Shown here one piece after another: positions 11,819 to 22,499 of a DNA stretch of 64,000 nucleotides (position 1 is its first letter; each line of letters opens with the position of its first letter). Source of the DNA: Ignavibacteriota bacterium (GTDB lineage: Bacteria > Bacteroidota > Ignavibacteria > UBA10030); assembly GCA_963727825.1 (NCBI GenBank), contig CAVSHO010000009.1:192001-256000 (forward strand), given 5' to 3'. The notes beneath the pieces were generated by a model that did not search any database, was not told the DNA's origin, and worked only from the letters and a program-made list of their open reading frames with translations. The translations under genes were made by a program, and so were the position numbers.

Positions 11819-12719
11819 ATGGTAAAGGCACTCGATATCAAACAAAACTTTCTCGGTATCGAAAAACAATATTCTGCATTTGAAACATCAAAGGTCGTCG
11901 TTCTGCCGGCGCCGTATGAACATACAGTAAGCTACGGTACCGGAACCAAGAACGGGCCGGCAGCAATTCTGAAAGCATCGCGGCAAGTCGAGTTTTTTGA
12001 CGAAGAGACAAAACGTGAAATCTTCAGGGAATTCGGTATCGCAACTCTTTCGCCTCTTGTCTTCGAAAAGAGAAAGGATGAAACCGCTCTGCAGCTCATT
12101 TATGACACCGTGTTTGAAATGGTAGAACGACAAAAGTTTGTAGTAACGCTTGGCGGCGAACATTCAATTGCTTCCTCAACTATTGCTGCTCATGCAAAAT
12201 TGTATCCTAATCTTTCTGTCCTCCAGTTCGATGCGCACTCCGATCTCCGTCCCGATTATTTAGGAAATAAGTACAGCCATGCATCGGTAATGGCGAGAGT
12301 TTGCGAATTTCTCGATCCGCGCCAGCTTGTGCAGGTTGGAATCCGCGCGCAATGCAAAGAAGAAGCAGAATTTATACGCGATCATGGAATCAATACATTT
12401 TACGCACACGAGATTCGCCGCGGCAACTACACAAAAGTACCTGAAGTACTGGGATGATTTCGTCGTAGATAAACTTTCTGAGAACGTGTATATTTCATTC
12501 GATGTTGATGCATTCGATCCATCCATAATGCCGGCGACAGGAACACCGGAACCAAACGGCCTTTTGTGGGATGAAGTGATGCAATGCTTGCGGAAAGTTG
12601 CGCGCAAAAGGCGAATTATCGGTTTTGATGTTGTTGAATTTGCACCAATTAAGGGACTGCACTACGCCGATGTGACAGCGGCAAAATTAGTTTCAAAGAT
12701 TCTAAACTACGCGCTTTAA
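11819..12719 (+). CDS. speB: Agmatinase (ureohydrolase), apparent +1 frameshift ~12435
   Basis: GGEHS, DAHSD, SHAS in the first frame; SFDVDAFDP, PATGTPEPNG in the second. Confidence 0.9.
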
Positions 12720-12767
12720 TTAATATTGTGATTCCACGTACCTTTAGTATTTCTTTAACAGGAAACA

Positions 12768-13697
12768 ATGGAACAGACTTTTGAAAAACTCGAACGCGCG
12801 AGCGTTCCAGAATTAGATAAAATCCTTGGAGTTCCCTTTAATGTATTAAATGATGGCTTTGTGCGCGTCATCGATTATATGGGATCTGATTCTTCCATTG
12901 TTCAAGCCGCACGCGTATCTTACGGGCAAGGAACAAAGAAGCTTCGAGAAGATGAGGGACTCATCCGCTATTTGGTACGACATCATCACACTTCACCATT
13001 GGAAATGTGTGAGATCAAATTGCATGTCCGCGTACCAATGGATTGCTGGAGGCAATGGATTCGACATCGTACAGCAAGCATCAACGAATATTCTACTCGT
13101 TACTCGCTCGCCATCGACGCAGCACAAAATACGAAACCGGATGCTTGGCGTTTGCAGGCCAAAAGTAACCGGCAAGGGAGCGAAGGATTTCTTGAGATTG
13201 ATAAAGGAAAAATATTTTCAGCACGAGAGCATGAATTGCAAGAACTTGCCCGGACGGTATATAACGAACGAATCGAAGCCGGACTTGCACGCGAGCAGGC
13301 ACGCAAGGATTTGCCGCTGAGTACTTATACTGAAGCTTACTGGAAAACTGATCTGCATAACCTTTTCCACTTTCTCGCCCTTCGAATGGAAAAGCATGCG
13401 CAATTAGAAATCCGTACGTATGCAACAATTATCGGCAACGAAATTGTCAGCAAGTGGTGTCCGATGGTGTGGGAAGCATTCAAAGATTATCAATTCGGTG
13501 CAATGGAATTATCTAAGCAAGAGATTGAAATTATTGCACGTTTGCAAGCTGGCGATCCGGATAGCGCACAAGCATTAGCGATAGAATTTGGGTTCCTTCC
13601 ACCGAAGGGAGAAAAAATTAAATTCAATCTCGAACGCAGCGAGATAGAACAAAAGCTTGCACTACTAGGCATTCGCCCGCCATGGCTTGAATCGTAA
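12768..13697 (+). CDS. thyX: FAD-dependent thymidylate synthase
   Basis: ThyX motif RHRTASINEYSTR; HTSPLE; EQARKDLP; HAQLEIR. Confidence 0.96.
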   Translation: MEQTFEKLERASVPELDKILGVPFNVLNDGFVRVIDYMGSDSSIVQAARVSYGQGTKKLREDEGLIRYLVRHHHTSPLEMCEIKLHVRVPMDCWRQWIRHRTASINEYSTRYSLAIDAAQNTKPDAWRLQAKSNRQGSEGFLEIDKGKIFSAREHELQELARTVYNERIEAGLAREQARKDLPLSTYTEAYWKTDLHNLFHFLALRMEKHAQLEIRTYATIIGNEIVSKWCPMVWEAFKDYQFGAMELSKQEIEIIARLQAGDPDSAQALAIEFGFLPPKGEKIKFNLERSEIEQKLALLGIRPPWLES

Positions 13698-13764
13698 GTG
13701 AAAAGAAATAGGCTTTACATCGTACATCGATCGATAAAATCAATCAGTACGAGAAGTGAATTAA

Positions 13765-14232
13765 ATGAAACTCATTATCATCGCAGCCATTGCTCGCAAT
13801 CGTGTTATTGGCAAAAATGGAAAACTGCCATGGCACATTCCCGAAGATCTGGCCCGATTCAAACAGCTTACTACCGGGCATACTGTTATTATGGGGCGCA
13901 AAACATTTGACTCTCTCGATAAGCCATTTCCTAATCGGGTGAATATAGTCATCACTTCAAATGTCATCAACGGTGTAAAAAGTTATCCTTCATTAGAATT
14001 TGCTCTACAAGCGCTGAATAACGAGAAAGAAGTTTTCGTTATTGGTGGAGGGCGCTTATTTGCAGACGCTCTTAAGTTTGCTGATGAATTGCGTTTGACT
14101 CTGGTCGATAGAGATGTGGATGGCGATACATTCTTTCCGGCATACGAAGATTACCTACGAAAAAATTTCCAACTCATAGATCAAGAATACAATATCGGAT
14201 TCTCTTTCGTCTATTACGTCAGGAAAACGTGA
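13765..14232 (+). CDS. folA: Dihydrofolate reductase
   Basis: LPWHIPEDLARFK, IMGRKT, VIGGG, GDTFFP motifs. Confidence 0.95.
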   Translation: MKLIIIAAIARNRVIGKNGKLPWHIPEDLARFKQLTTGHTVIMGRKTFDSLDKPFPNRVNIVITSNVINGVKSYPSLEFALQALNNEKEVFVIGGGRLFADALKFADELRLTLVDRDVDGDTFFPAYEDYLRKNFQLIDQEYNIGFSFVYYVRKT

Positions 14233-14286
14233 CACCTTTGTCCTTGAATGGGCGCGTGCAAAGAAGAAGACATTCTCCTGGTAGAA

Positions 14287-15081
14287 CTATCGCGCTACAA
14301 GGACAGAAACAAGAATGATGACACCGAGTACGATGCGGTAGATGGCGAACGATGTAAAACGATGTGTCTGTATATAGCGCAGCAGCCATTTGACAACAAG
14401 GAATGCTGTAATCGTCGAAATGACAAACGCAATGCCAAGTTCGACCCAATTTTCTCCTCCACTGCCGTGTTTGTATGCGTCCCACAAAAGTTTTCCGCTC
14501 GCTGCATACATCGTGGGAATTCCAATTAGGAATGTGAATTCAGTTGCGGCAGCGCGGTCGCTGGTACCGGTAAGCATACACGCAAAGATTGTAACGCCGG
14601 AGCGAGATGCACCCGGAAAAATCGCTGCAATAATCTGCGCAAACCCGGCAACAACAGCGACTTGCCAGGTAACCTTGGTCGTTTCTACCTTCTTTGCGGC
14701 AAGCCATTCTGCAATGAGAATCCATACGCCGCCGATGATTAGTGCCCATGCAATAGGAGTAATCGCTTCCGGTAATTTGAAACCAAACTTCGTGGCAATC
14801 AGCCCGAGAACACCTGTGATGAAAAACGCCGTAAGGAGTTTAAGCGCATAGTCCCGATTTTCTTTTATGGCAAACCCGGTGCACAGGGAAACCAACCGAT
14901 TCCAATAAATAATTGTTACCGCGAGAATAGCGCCAGCCTGAATAACGACATTGAATAAATCCGAGCGATGTCCAAGTCCCAGTTTCTCTGCAATGAGAAG
15001 ATGTCCTGTGCTGGAAATCGGGAGAAACTCTGTGATGCCTTCAACGATTCCTAAAATTACTGCTTTAATGATTTCGTTCAA
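14287..15081 (-). CDS. uppP: Undecaprenyl-diphosphate phosphatase
   Basis: EGITEFLPISSTGH and PGASRSG motifs. Confidence 0.95.
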   Translation of the reverse strand: MNEIIKAVILGIVEGITEFLPISSTGHLLIAEKLGLGHRSDLFNVVIQAGAILAVTIIYWNRLVSLCTGFAIKENRDYALKLLTAFFITGVLGLIATKFGFKLPEAITPIAWALIIGGVWILIAEWLAAKKVETTKVTWQVAVVAGFAQIIAAIFPGASRSGVTIFACMLTGTSDRAAATEFTFLIGIPTMYAASGKLLWDAYKHGSGGENWVELGIAFVISTITAFLVVKWLLRYIQTHRFTSFAIYRIVLGVIILVSVLVAR

Positions 15082-15869
15082 TGGATTCCTTTGGCCGCAC
15101 TGCCATCAACTAAAAGATTCACGCCATTTATATAGCTAGCCTGCTCAGAAGCTAAGAAAGCAACTGTATTGCCAATTTCTTCAGGTCTTCCCAAACGACC
15201 TGCAGGGATCGCACCCGCTGTTTCCTTAAGATATTCTTCTAACGTTATATTCTTTTGCTTTGCACGGGAAGCGCTAAGTTCTTCCTGCCGCTGTGTAAGA
15301 ACGTTTCCGGGGCAAACTGTATTGATTGTGATGTTGTCTTTTGCATGTAAATTCGCAAGCACCTTAGTGAGCCCGAGAATTCCTGGACGAATCGCAGAAG
15401 AAAGAAGCAGCTCATTAATCGGCTGTTTTGCGGCAATCGATGTGATAGTGATTATTCTTCCCCATTTCTGTTGAATCATCATCGGAAGAATTTCCCGCGT
15501 TAATCGCACCATACTCATCAATGTCAACTCGTGACCTTTATGCCAATCTTCATCGGTAAGAGATGAAATTGTGCCTGTTGGCGGACCGCCGGCATTATTG
15601 ATCAAAACATGCACTGTACCAAATTGTTGTTTTGTTTCTAATACCAATCGTTTAATGTCTTCCAATTTCGTAACATCAACGACCATAGGCAAAATGGTCG
15701 CGCCGGTAGTTTCACGGATTTCTTTTGCGGCTTCTGCAATTTCCTTTTTGCGGCGTGAGCAAATAACAATTGCTGCACCTTCCTGTGCCAGCGCTATCGC
15801 TGATGCTTTACCAAGTCCCTGGCTTGCCGCCGTTACGATTGCTATTTTATTATTCAATCCAAAGTTCAT
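15078..15869 (-). CDS. SDR family oxidoreductase
   Basis: TAASQGLG, NNAGGP, GRLGRPEE, VDG motifs. Confidence 0.9.
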   Translation of the reverse strand: MNFGLNNKIAIVTAASQGLGKASAIALAQEGAAIVICSRRKKEIAEAAKEIRETTGATILPMVVDVTKLEDIKRLVLETKQQFGTVHVLINNAGGPPTGTISSLTDEDWHKGHELTLMSMVRLTREILPMMIQQKWGRIITITSIAAKQPINELLLSSAIRPGILGLTKVLANLHAKDNITINTVCPGNVLTQRQEELSASRAKQKNITLEEYLKETAGAIPAGRLGRPEEIGNTVAFLASEQASYINGVNLLVDGSAAKGIH

Positions 15870-15939
15870 ATTATTTCACAGTAGAGTCGTAGTTAGATAT
15901 ATCAAATCGTTGATGTTAAATTCAGAATTATGATATGGT

Positions 15940-16536
15940 TTATTTTACCGTGATCATTCCTGTTAGTCCAATTCGGATCATCATAACAGCAATTGCTGCC
16001 ATAAAAAGTGCGGCTACTTTTGCAAATGCTTTCGATCCTGCTTCTCCCATAACACGAATGATGTAATCGGAATTCCGAAATATCAGCCAAACAAGAAATA
16101 AATTCGCCAACAGCCCAATCACAGCCGCAAGATATCCATATGCATCTACAATAATCAGCAAAGTCGTGAGTACGGCAGGACCGATTATAAGCGGAATACC
16201 AATAGGAACGACACCAACGGATGTCTGAGGCGCCCGGTTTGTTTTATCACCGGTAAAGGTGAGGTCGATAACTGCAAGCACCAAGAGGACAATCCCACCA
16301 CCGACACGAAAATCGTTTTCCGTAATTCCCATAAAATTAAAAATCAATCTGCCGCCAAAAAGGAACACCAGAGAAACGGCAAGCGCAGTAAATGTAGCAT
16401 CTGTGATCAATTTCTTTTTCTCTAGCGGTTTCATATCACTCGTAAGTGAAAGAAAGATCGGAACCAGCCCGAGTACATCAATGGCAACAAAGATCGGGAT
16501 AAATGAAAGAACAAATATTTTAAAATCGTTATACAT
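15940..16536 (-). CDS. MarC family membrane protein
   Basis: VPIFLSLT, GGIVL, VPIGIPLIIGPA signature. Confidence 0.9.
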   Translation of the reverse strand: MYNDFKIFVLSFIPIFVAIDVLGLVPIFLSLTSDMKPLEKKKLITDATFTALAVSLVFLFGGRLIFNFMGITENDFRVGGGIVLLVLAVIDLTFTGDKTNRAPQTSVGVVPIGIPLIIGPAVLTTLLIIVDAYGYLAAVIGLLANLFLVWLIFRNSDYIIRVMGEAGSKAFAKVAALFMAAIAVMMIRIGLTGMITVK

Positions 16537-16605
16537 TGCATTTCAACTTATAGTATTAAGTTTTTTAATGGCTTGAAATCGATGCCGTAGTTTCCTGCAA
16601 TTGAC

Positions 16606-16872
16606 CTATGGAAGCTTGATACCTTTTTCCTCAAGACGCTTTTGAATAATATCGTAAATTTCTTCAGATGTAAGCGAACCGCGGACACCTGCTGCACAAA
16701 TCGTTTGTAGAAGTGTTCCGCGCCGTTCACTCAACCAGCCCCAGAGACAATACCCGAGACGGTTGCGATCATTCGGTTCCTCTGTTGGAATTTCTGCAAC
16801 AATATTGTATGCAAGTTTTTCTAAAGATTCTGCCGGAGATTCAATAATGGGTGCTGGAGGTTTAGTTGACAT
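16606..16872 (-). CDS. Hypothetical protein, 88 aa
   Basis: Clean ATG ORF co-oriented with marC; plausible globular composition. Confidence 0.65.
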   Translation of the reverse strand: MSTKPPAPIIESPAESLEKLAYNIVAEIPTEEPNDRNRLGYCLWGWLSERRGTLLQTICAAGVRGSLTSEEIYDIIQKRLEEKGIKLP

Positions 16873-17065
16873 ATTCAGGACTTCATTCGTTTGTTAGAAA
16901 TATTTTAATATATGAATATAGAAAGTTTTCGGAGAAAAGACAAAAATAGAGAAACGACTGAACATAGATTATATTGAACAGTTAATTATATCTATGATTT
17001 GTGCGGACAGGTTTGTACCTTTCAATAGTATTTGACTGAAATATTACTACATCGAAATACTTCAC

Positions 17066-18254
17066 ATGGCTTCTCTTTATCTACATATTCCCTTCTGCGA
17101 GCATAAATGCATCTACTGCGACTTCTATTCTATTGCTCCGGCAGAATCAGAAAGAGACATACGCTTCGCTTATTGACGAATTTCTTTCTGCGCTGGAAGT
17201 AGAAATCCGACTGCGTGCAGAAGAAAAGCGCTTCAACGAATCAGTTGAGACAATTTTCTTCGGGGGCGGAACACCGTCTCTCCTTCATCCGTCTGAAATA
17301 GAAAAGATCCTAAATCTTCTTGCGTCACGTTTCTCAATTCAAACAAATGCAGAAATCACGTTAGAAACAAATCCAGGAACTGTAGACAAGCAAAAGCTTA
17401 AAGCGTTCCATTCCGCCGGTATCAACAGAATCAGCTTGGGTGTTCAATCATTTTACGATGATGACTTGATATTTCTGACACGCATCCACACAGCATCTGA
17501 AGCGAAGCAATGCATACTCGATGCATATGCAGCGGGATTTAAGAACGTCAGCATTGATTTGATTTTTTCTTTGCCTAATCAATCTTTGCAGAGATGGAAA
17601 TCGAATCTGGAACAAGCGATCGAACTTCAACCGGCTCACATTTCGTGTTACAGTCTTATTTATGAACCCGGGACACCGCTCTTCAATATGATTCAATCGA
17701 AACAAGTCTCGCCGCTCGATGCAGATATTGACGCTGAATTATATGAATTTACAATCGATTTTCTTACTTCTCATGGCTTCGAGCAATATGAAGTGTCAAA
17801 TTTTGCCAAACCCGCAACGGCGGGCAAGCCGAATTTCAAATGCCGGCACAATGTCAACTACTGGAATCATTCAAATTACCTCAGCTTCGGTCCGTCGGCT
17901 CATTCATTTTGGAAAAATGAGCGCTGGTGGAATGTTTCAAACATTACTGCATACATCGAACAACTGAACAAGCGCATATTACCAATATCAGGGGGCGAAC
18001 ATCTCTCTGAGACCAAATTGATGGAAGAGGCAATCTTTCTCGGTTTACGAAGCGACGGAATCGACTTAAAACAATTTCGCATGCGTTTTGCACGCGATCT
18101 TTCAATAGAGAATTCATCCATCATCTCCGAATTGATTCAACAAGGACGTGCACGAATGGAAGGCGAACGATTCAGGCTCACAGCAAAAGGATATCTCGTG
18201 TGCGATGAAATTTGTCAGTCATTTTCATTGGACAACACACCCGAAACTCCTTGA
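17066..18254 (+). CDS. hemW: Radical SAM heme chaperone HemW, apparent +1 frameshift ~17140
   Basis: ATG 17066 gives LYLHIPFCEHKCIYCDF (CxxxCxxC); continues in next frame with GGGTPS, YEVSNF, HNVNYW. Confidence 0.9.
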
Positions 18255-18382
18255 AGTTCAACGCTTTTCCTCATACATTGGCTGTGAAATTTTATGTTAC
18301 AAAATCCATAAAAATGAAATGAATTTTAGAATATTTCTTTTCGGCATGTATAGGAAGATATTCGAATTGAAAGAATGATAAA

Positions 18383-19402
18383 ATGAAACAAAAAACAGCT
18401 CTTATCATTGGCATTGCAGGACAAGATGGTTCTTATCTTGCCGAGTTCCTCCTTTCTAAAAATTACAAGGTAGTTGGATTGATGCTCAATTCCATTGAAC
18501 TGTCGAGTTCGCTCATTGCACATCTTTCTAATAAAATAACTATTGCCTATGGAGATTTGTTAGACATGGTTTCCATCATGGAAACCATTCGTTCCTGTCA
18601 GCCCGACGAAATTTACAATCTTGCAGCTCAATCGTCCCCCGGTGATTCATGGCGGCTTGCCATTGAAACAGCGGAAATAACAGGTGTTGGTGCACAACGG
18701 GTTTATGAGGCGGTTCGATGTATTAAACCGGATTGCCGGATCTATCAAGCTTCTTCTTCCGAAATGTTTGGCACACCGACAATAGTGCCGCAGAATGAAC
18801 ACACTCCATTTGAACCCGTTAATCCATACGGTGCCGCTAAACTCTATGCGCATTCAATGGCGCAAATCTACAACAAGAGCTATAAGCTCTTTATCGCATG
18901 CGGCATTCTTTTCAATCATGAAAGTCCACGACGCGGAATGCACTTCCTCACACAAAAGGTTGCATACAGTGCAGCGTGTATTAAACTTGGCATTCTTAAC
19001 TCTCCGGATTTAAATGAACAAGGTGAGCCTATTGTCAATAATGGAATGATTGCACTCGGTAATTTAGATGCAAAACGCGACTGGGGATTTTCCGGCGATT
19101 ATGTGGAAGCGATGTGGATGATGTTACAGCATAAAACACCGGAGACATATGTGATCGGTACCGGAGATGTAAGAACTGTGCGGCAATTATGCGAAGAAGC
19201 ATTTGGAACCGTCGGCTTGGACTGGCGAAAACACATTGTTGTCGATCCAAGGTTCATTCGGCTGACCGAAACCGGCACCACTGTTGCCGATGCAACAAAA
19301 GCGAAAATTGAATTGGGATGGTCGCCGCGCACATCGTTTTCCGATCTCGTGAAGATGATGGTCGAACATCAGATGAGACGAATTAAAGGAAGACAAGAAT
19401 AA
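18383..19402 (+). CDS. gmd: GDP-mannose 4,6-dehydratase
   Basis: GQDGSYLAE, YQASSSE, PYGAAK, GILFNHES, RDWG motifs. Confidence 0.92.
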   Translation: MKQKTALIIGIAGQDGSYLAEFLLSKNYKVVGLMLNSIELSSSLIAHLSNKITIAYGDLLDMVSIMETIRSCQPDEIYNLAAQSSPGDSWRLAIETAEITGVGAQRVYEAVRCIKPDCRIYQASSSEMFGTPTIVPQNEHTPFEPVNPYGAAKLYAHSMAQIYNKSYKLFIACGILFNHESPRRGMHFLTQKVAYSAACIKLGILNSPDLNEQGEPIVNNGMIALGNLDAKRDWGFSGDYVEAMWMMLQHKTPETYVIGTGDVRTVRQLCEEAFGTVGLDWRKHIVVDPRFIRLTETGTTVADATKAKIELGWSPRTSFSDLVKMMVEHQMRRIKGRQE

Positions 19403-19405
19403 TTA

Positions 19406-20521
19406 ATGCGAATACTTCTTTTAAATTGGCAGGACATTAAGAACCCGGCAGGCGGCGGTGCAGAGGTGTATCTCCAGCAAATTTTTAAGCGACTTACCAC
19501 ACAGGGACATGATATCACACTTCTGTGCTCGCAATTTTCCGATGCTCCGAGAGAAGAAGTGATAGATGGTATTCGCATCGTACGGAGAGGAAATCGCAAC
19601 CTGTTTAATTATATCGTTCCGATTGAGTACGAGCGGAAATTCCGCCGCGAGCATTATGACATAGTTATCGACGACATCAACAAAATTCCGTTTTATACAC
19701 CTATATTTGTTCGAGAACCGCTCTTAGGAATGGTGATGCATTTGTTTGATACGAGTATCTTTAAAGAAGCTTCAATTCCTGCGGCATCTTATGTTTATTG
19801 CGCAGAACGGCTTGCCCTGTCTGTCTATCGTAAAACTCCGTTGGTTGCAATCTCAGAAAGCACCCGAACAGAATTGCTTTCGCATGGATGCCGGCAGGAA
19901 AACGTTTTTCTCGTTCCCTGCGCTGTTAATCATTTGGCATACCGTCAACTTCCAGGCGTGACAAGAACTGAGCCAATAATTGGGTATGTGGGAAGAATAA
20001 AAAAGTACAAAAGCGTCGATCACTTACTGCGCGCGTTCGCAATCGTTTTAAAAGTTATGCCGGAAGCAAAGCTTGTCATTATTGGTGAAGGAGACGGTAA
20101 ACTGGCTTTTGAGAGACTCTCACAAGAACTTCAAATTAACCACGCCACAACGTTCACTGGATTTCTTCCGTCAGAAGAAAAAATCCGACTTCTTAATCAA
20201 ATGCAAATAATCGTAAACACATCTGCTAAAGAAGGATGGGGTTTGACAGTGACGGAAGCAAATGCATGCGGTGTGCCTGCAGTTGCGAGCGATGTTCCCG
20301 GCTTGCGCGATGCTGTGAAAGACGGTGAGACCGGATTGCTTTATGAATACGGCAACATCGAACAACTTGCAGAAAAAATATTACTTCTTCTTCGCGACGA
20401 ACACCTCCGCTCGCGTCTCACAAAAGGCGCATTGGAATACGCTCAATCTCTCACCTGGGATAAGTCGGCAGAAATTATGCTTACTGTAATTGAACGAGTG
20501 CTGCAACGACATACTTCATGA
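19406..20521 (+). CDS. Glycosyltransferase family 4
   Basis: GGAE N-terminal motif; EGWGLTVTEA GT-B motif. Confidence 0.92.
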   Translation: MRILLLNWQDIKNPAGGGAEVYLQQIFKRLTTQGHDITLLCSQFSDAPREEVIDGIRIVRRGNRNLFNYIVPIEYERKFRREHYDIVIDDINKIPFYTPIFVREPLLGMVMHLFDTSIFKEASIPAASYVYCAERLALSVYRKTPLVAISESTRTELLSHGCRQENVFLVPCAVNHLAYRQLPGVTRTEPIIGYVGRIKKYKSVDHLLRAFAIVLKVMPEAKLVIIGEGDGKLAFERLSQELQINHATTFTGFLPSEEKIRLLNQMQIIVNTSAKEGWGLTVTEANACGVPAVASDVPGLRDAVKDGETGLLYEYGNIEQLAEKILLLLRDEHLRSRLTKGALEYAQSLTWDKSAEIMLTVIERVLQRHTS

Positions 20522-20578
20522 AGGCCGTAGTTGAATGTCATGCTGAAAGATGATGCAAATGACGGATATTGATATGTC

Positions 20579-21397
20579 ATGGGAAATTCAAACGAAATAA
20601 AACTCGGAAGCGTACAAGAGACATTGTTACTTCCATTATGGGGAAGAGCAATTGAGACGCAGAAGCAAAAACCCCTTCTAATAGACAACAAAGCCGTTTC
20701 AATAGTAAACAGCATTCCTTACGATTTTACTGTGATTTCAAAAAATATCCATAAGATAACTCGGCTTTCATGGGTTGCAAGAAGCATATTCTTTGATAAA
20801 AAAATAAAAGCATTTATAGATCTACATCCGGATGCAACAATTGTCAATATTGGTTGCGGACTTGATACGACATTTGACCGTGTAGACAACGGGAAAATCC
20901 AATGGATAGACTTAGACTTACCAGATACAATAGATTTAAGAAAAAAGTATATATCTGAATCAAACAGAAGGCATTTTATTGCTAAATCCGTTTTTGATAC
21001 AAGTTGGTATGACGGAATAGAGAAAAAAAACAATGTAATGCTTCTGATTGCTGGAGTGCTGTATTACTTTGATGAAAAGGATGTGAGAGGACTTTTTAAC
21101 GATTTCCATGTTTTCCTTCCAGGGGTAGAGATTATTTTTGACTATGCCTCTAAATTAGGGATAAAGATGTCAAACAAAAAAGTTATTGAAAAAGGGGGAA
21201 TGAACAAATCTGCTTATTTAAAATGGGGAATTAATAATATCCTGGAAATAGAAAAATGGGATACTAACATAAAAGTTATTAGCACTATGCCAATGTATAA
21301 AGAGCATAAAAAGAATTATCCGGTGATAAGGAGAATTGGCATGAATATAACTGATGCACTGAAGATAATGTCATTAGCTCATATTAGAATAAATTGA
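20579..21397 (+). CDS. Class I SAM-dependent methyltransferase (LCM/TcmP-like)
   Basis: ETLLLPLWGRA, NIGCGLDT, DLDLP motifs. Confidence 0.88.
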   Translation: MGNSNEIKLGSVQETLLLPLWGRAIETQKQKPLLIDNKAVSIVNSIPYDFTVISKNIHKITRLSWVARSIFFDKKIKAFIDLHPDATIVNIGCGLDTTFDRVDNGKIQWIDLDLPDTIDLRKKYISESNRRHFIAKSVFDTSWYDGIEKKNNVMLLIAGVLYYFDEKDVRGLFNDFHVFLPGVEIIFDYASKLGIKMSNKKVIEKGGMNKSAYLKWGINNILEIEKWDTNIKVISTMPMYKEHKKNYPVIRRIGMNITDALKIMSLAHIRIN

Positions 21398-21453
21398 CAA
21401 GGTTTAAAAGGAACAAACAGCCAGCACTCACTATAAAAGAATCTCTACAAAAA

Positions 21454-22404
21454 ATGAAAGCAATAGTTTACACAAAGTTTGGAACACCTGATGTTCTTCA
21501 ACTTAAAGAAGTGGAAAAACCCGTTCCTAAGGAAGATGAAATATTAATAAAAGTTCATGCTGCATCCGCAAATGCGTATGACTGGCGACACCTAAGAGCA
21601 GACCCGTTCCTAATAAGACTAATGGGCGCTGGTTTTTTGAAACCGAAACACAAGATTCTTGGGGCTGACGTAGCCGGACAGGTTGAAGCGATTGGCAATA
21701 AAGTAAAACACTTTCAGCCTGGCGATGAAGTTTTCGGAGAAGGCAGCTACGGGGGATTTGCTGAATATGTATGCGTTGATGAAAAAAGATTTGTGTTAAA
21801 ACCGGCCGACTTAACTTTTGAAGAAGCAGCAGCTGTTCCAATGGCAGCACTCACGGCTTTGCAAGGTCTTCGCGATAAAGGGCAGATTCAAGCAAGACAA
21901 AAGGTATTAATCAACGGAGCCTCCGGTGGTGTGGGTACTTTTGCAGTGCAGATTGCTAAATCATTCGAAGCTGAAGTGACCGGCGTTTGCAGCACATCAA
22001 AAATGGACTATGTGCGCTCAATTGGTGCAGACCATGTCATTGATTACACTAAAGAAGATATCACTAAAAATAGGCAGCAATATGACCTGATTTTTGATAC
22101 TGCAGCTCACCGTTCGATTTTAAAGTACAAACGTATATTAAGCTCCGATGGAACTTATGTCTTGGCAGGAGGTTCTATAGCTCGAATTTTCCAACTCATG
22201 TTCATCTCAATGACAGGAGTTAAAAATATGGGACTGATGGTTGCAAATATAAACCAAAAGGATCTGCTTTTCATTGTAGAACTACTTAAAGCGGGCAAAG
22301 TTAAATCAATTATAGATAAATGTTATCCATTAAACGAGACTGCCGATGCCCTGCGCTATCTTGAAGAAGGACACGCTTGTGGAAAAGTTGTAATAACCGT
22401 GTAA
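21454..22404 (+). CDS. NAD(P)-dependent alcohol dehydrogenase/quinone reductase (MDR family)
   Basis: MKAIVY start; INGASGGVG Rossmann motif; GKVVI end. Confidence 0.9.
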   Translation: MKAIVYTKFGTPDVLQLKEVEKPVPKEDEILIKVHAASANAYDWRHLRADPFLIRLMGAGFLKPKHKILGADVAGQVEAIGNKVKHFQPGDEVFGEGSYGGFAEYVCVDEKRFVLKPADLTFEEAAAVPMAALTALQGLRDKGQIQARQKVLINGASGGVGTFAVQIAKSFEAEVTGVCSTSKMDYVRSIGADHVIDYTKEDITKNRQQYDLIFDTAAHRSILKYKRILSSDGTYVLAGGSIARIFQLMFISMTGVKNMGLMVANINQKDLLFIVELLKAGKVKSIIDKCYPLNETADALRYLEEGHACGKVVITV

Positions 22405-22416
22405 CATAATAACAAA

Positions 22417-22488
22417 ACTTAACAAAGCAATACACCCAACAGCTATTCCATTGCGTTTTATTGTGACAAATGGACTTGGTTGTTATAT
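22417..22488 (+). repeat. Degenerate integron attC-like site
   Basis: ACTTAAC (RYYYAAC) just after the stop codon, GTTATAT just before the next ATG; interior resembles the AACAAGGCGCTGCACC...GGTGAGCTTGGTCGTT attC class. Confidence 0.6.
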
Positions 22489-22499
22489 TTTACTAGAAT

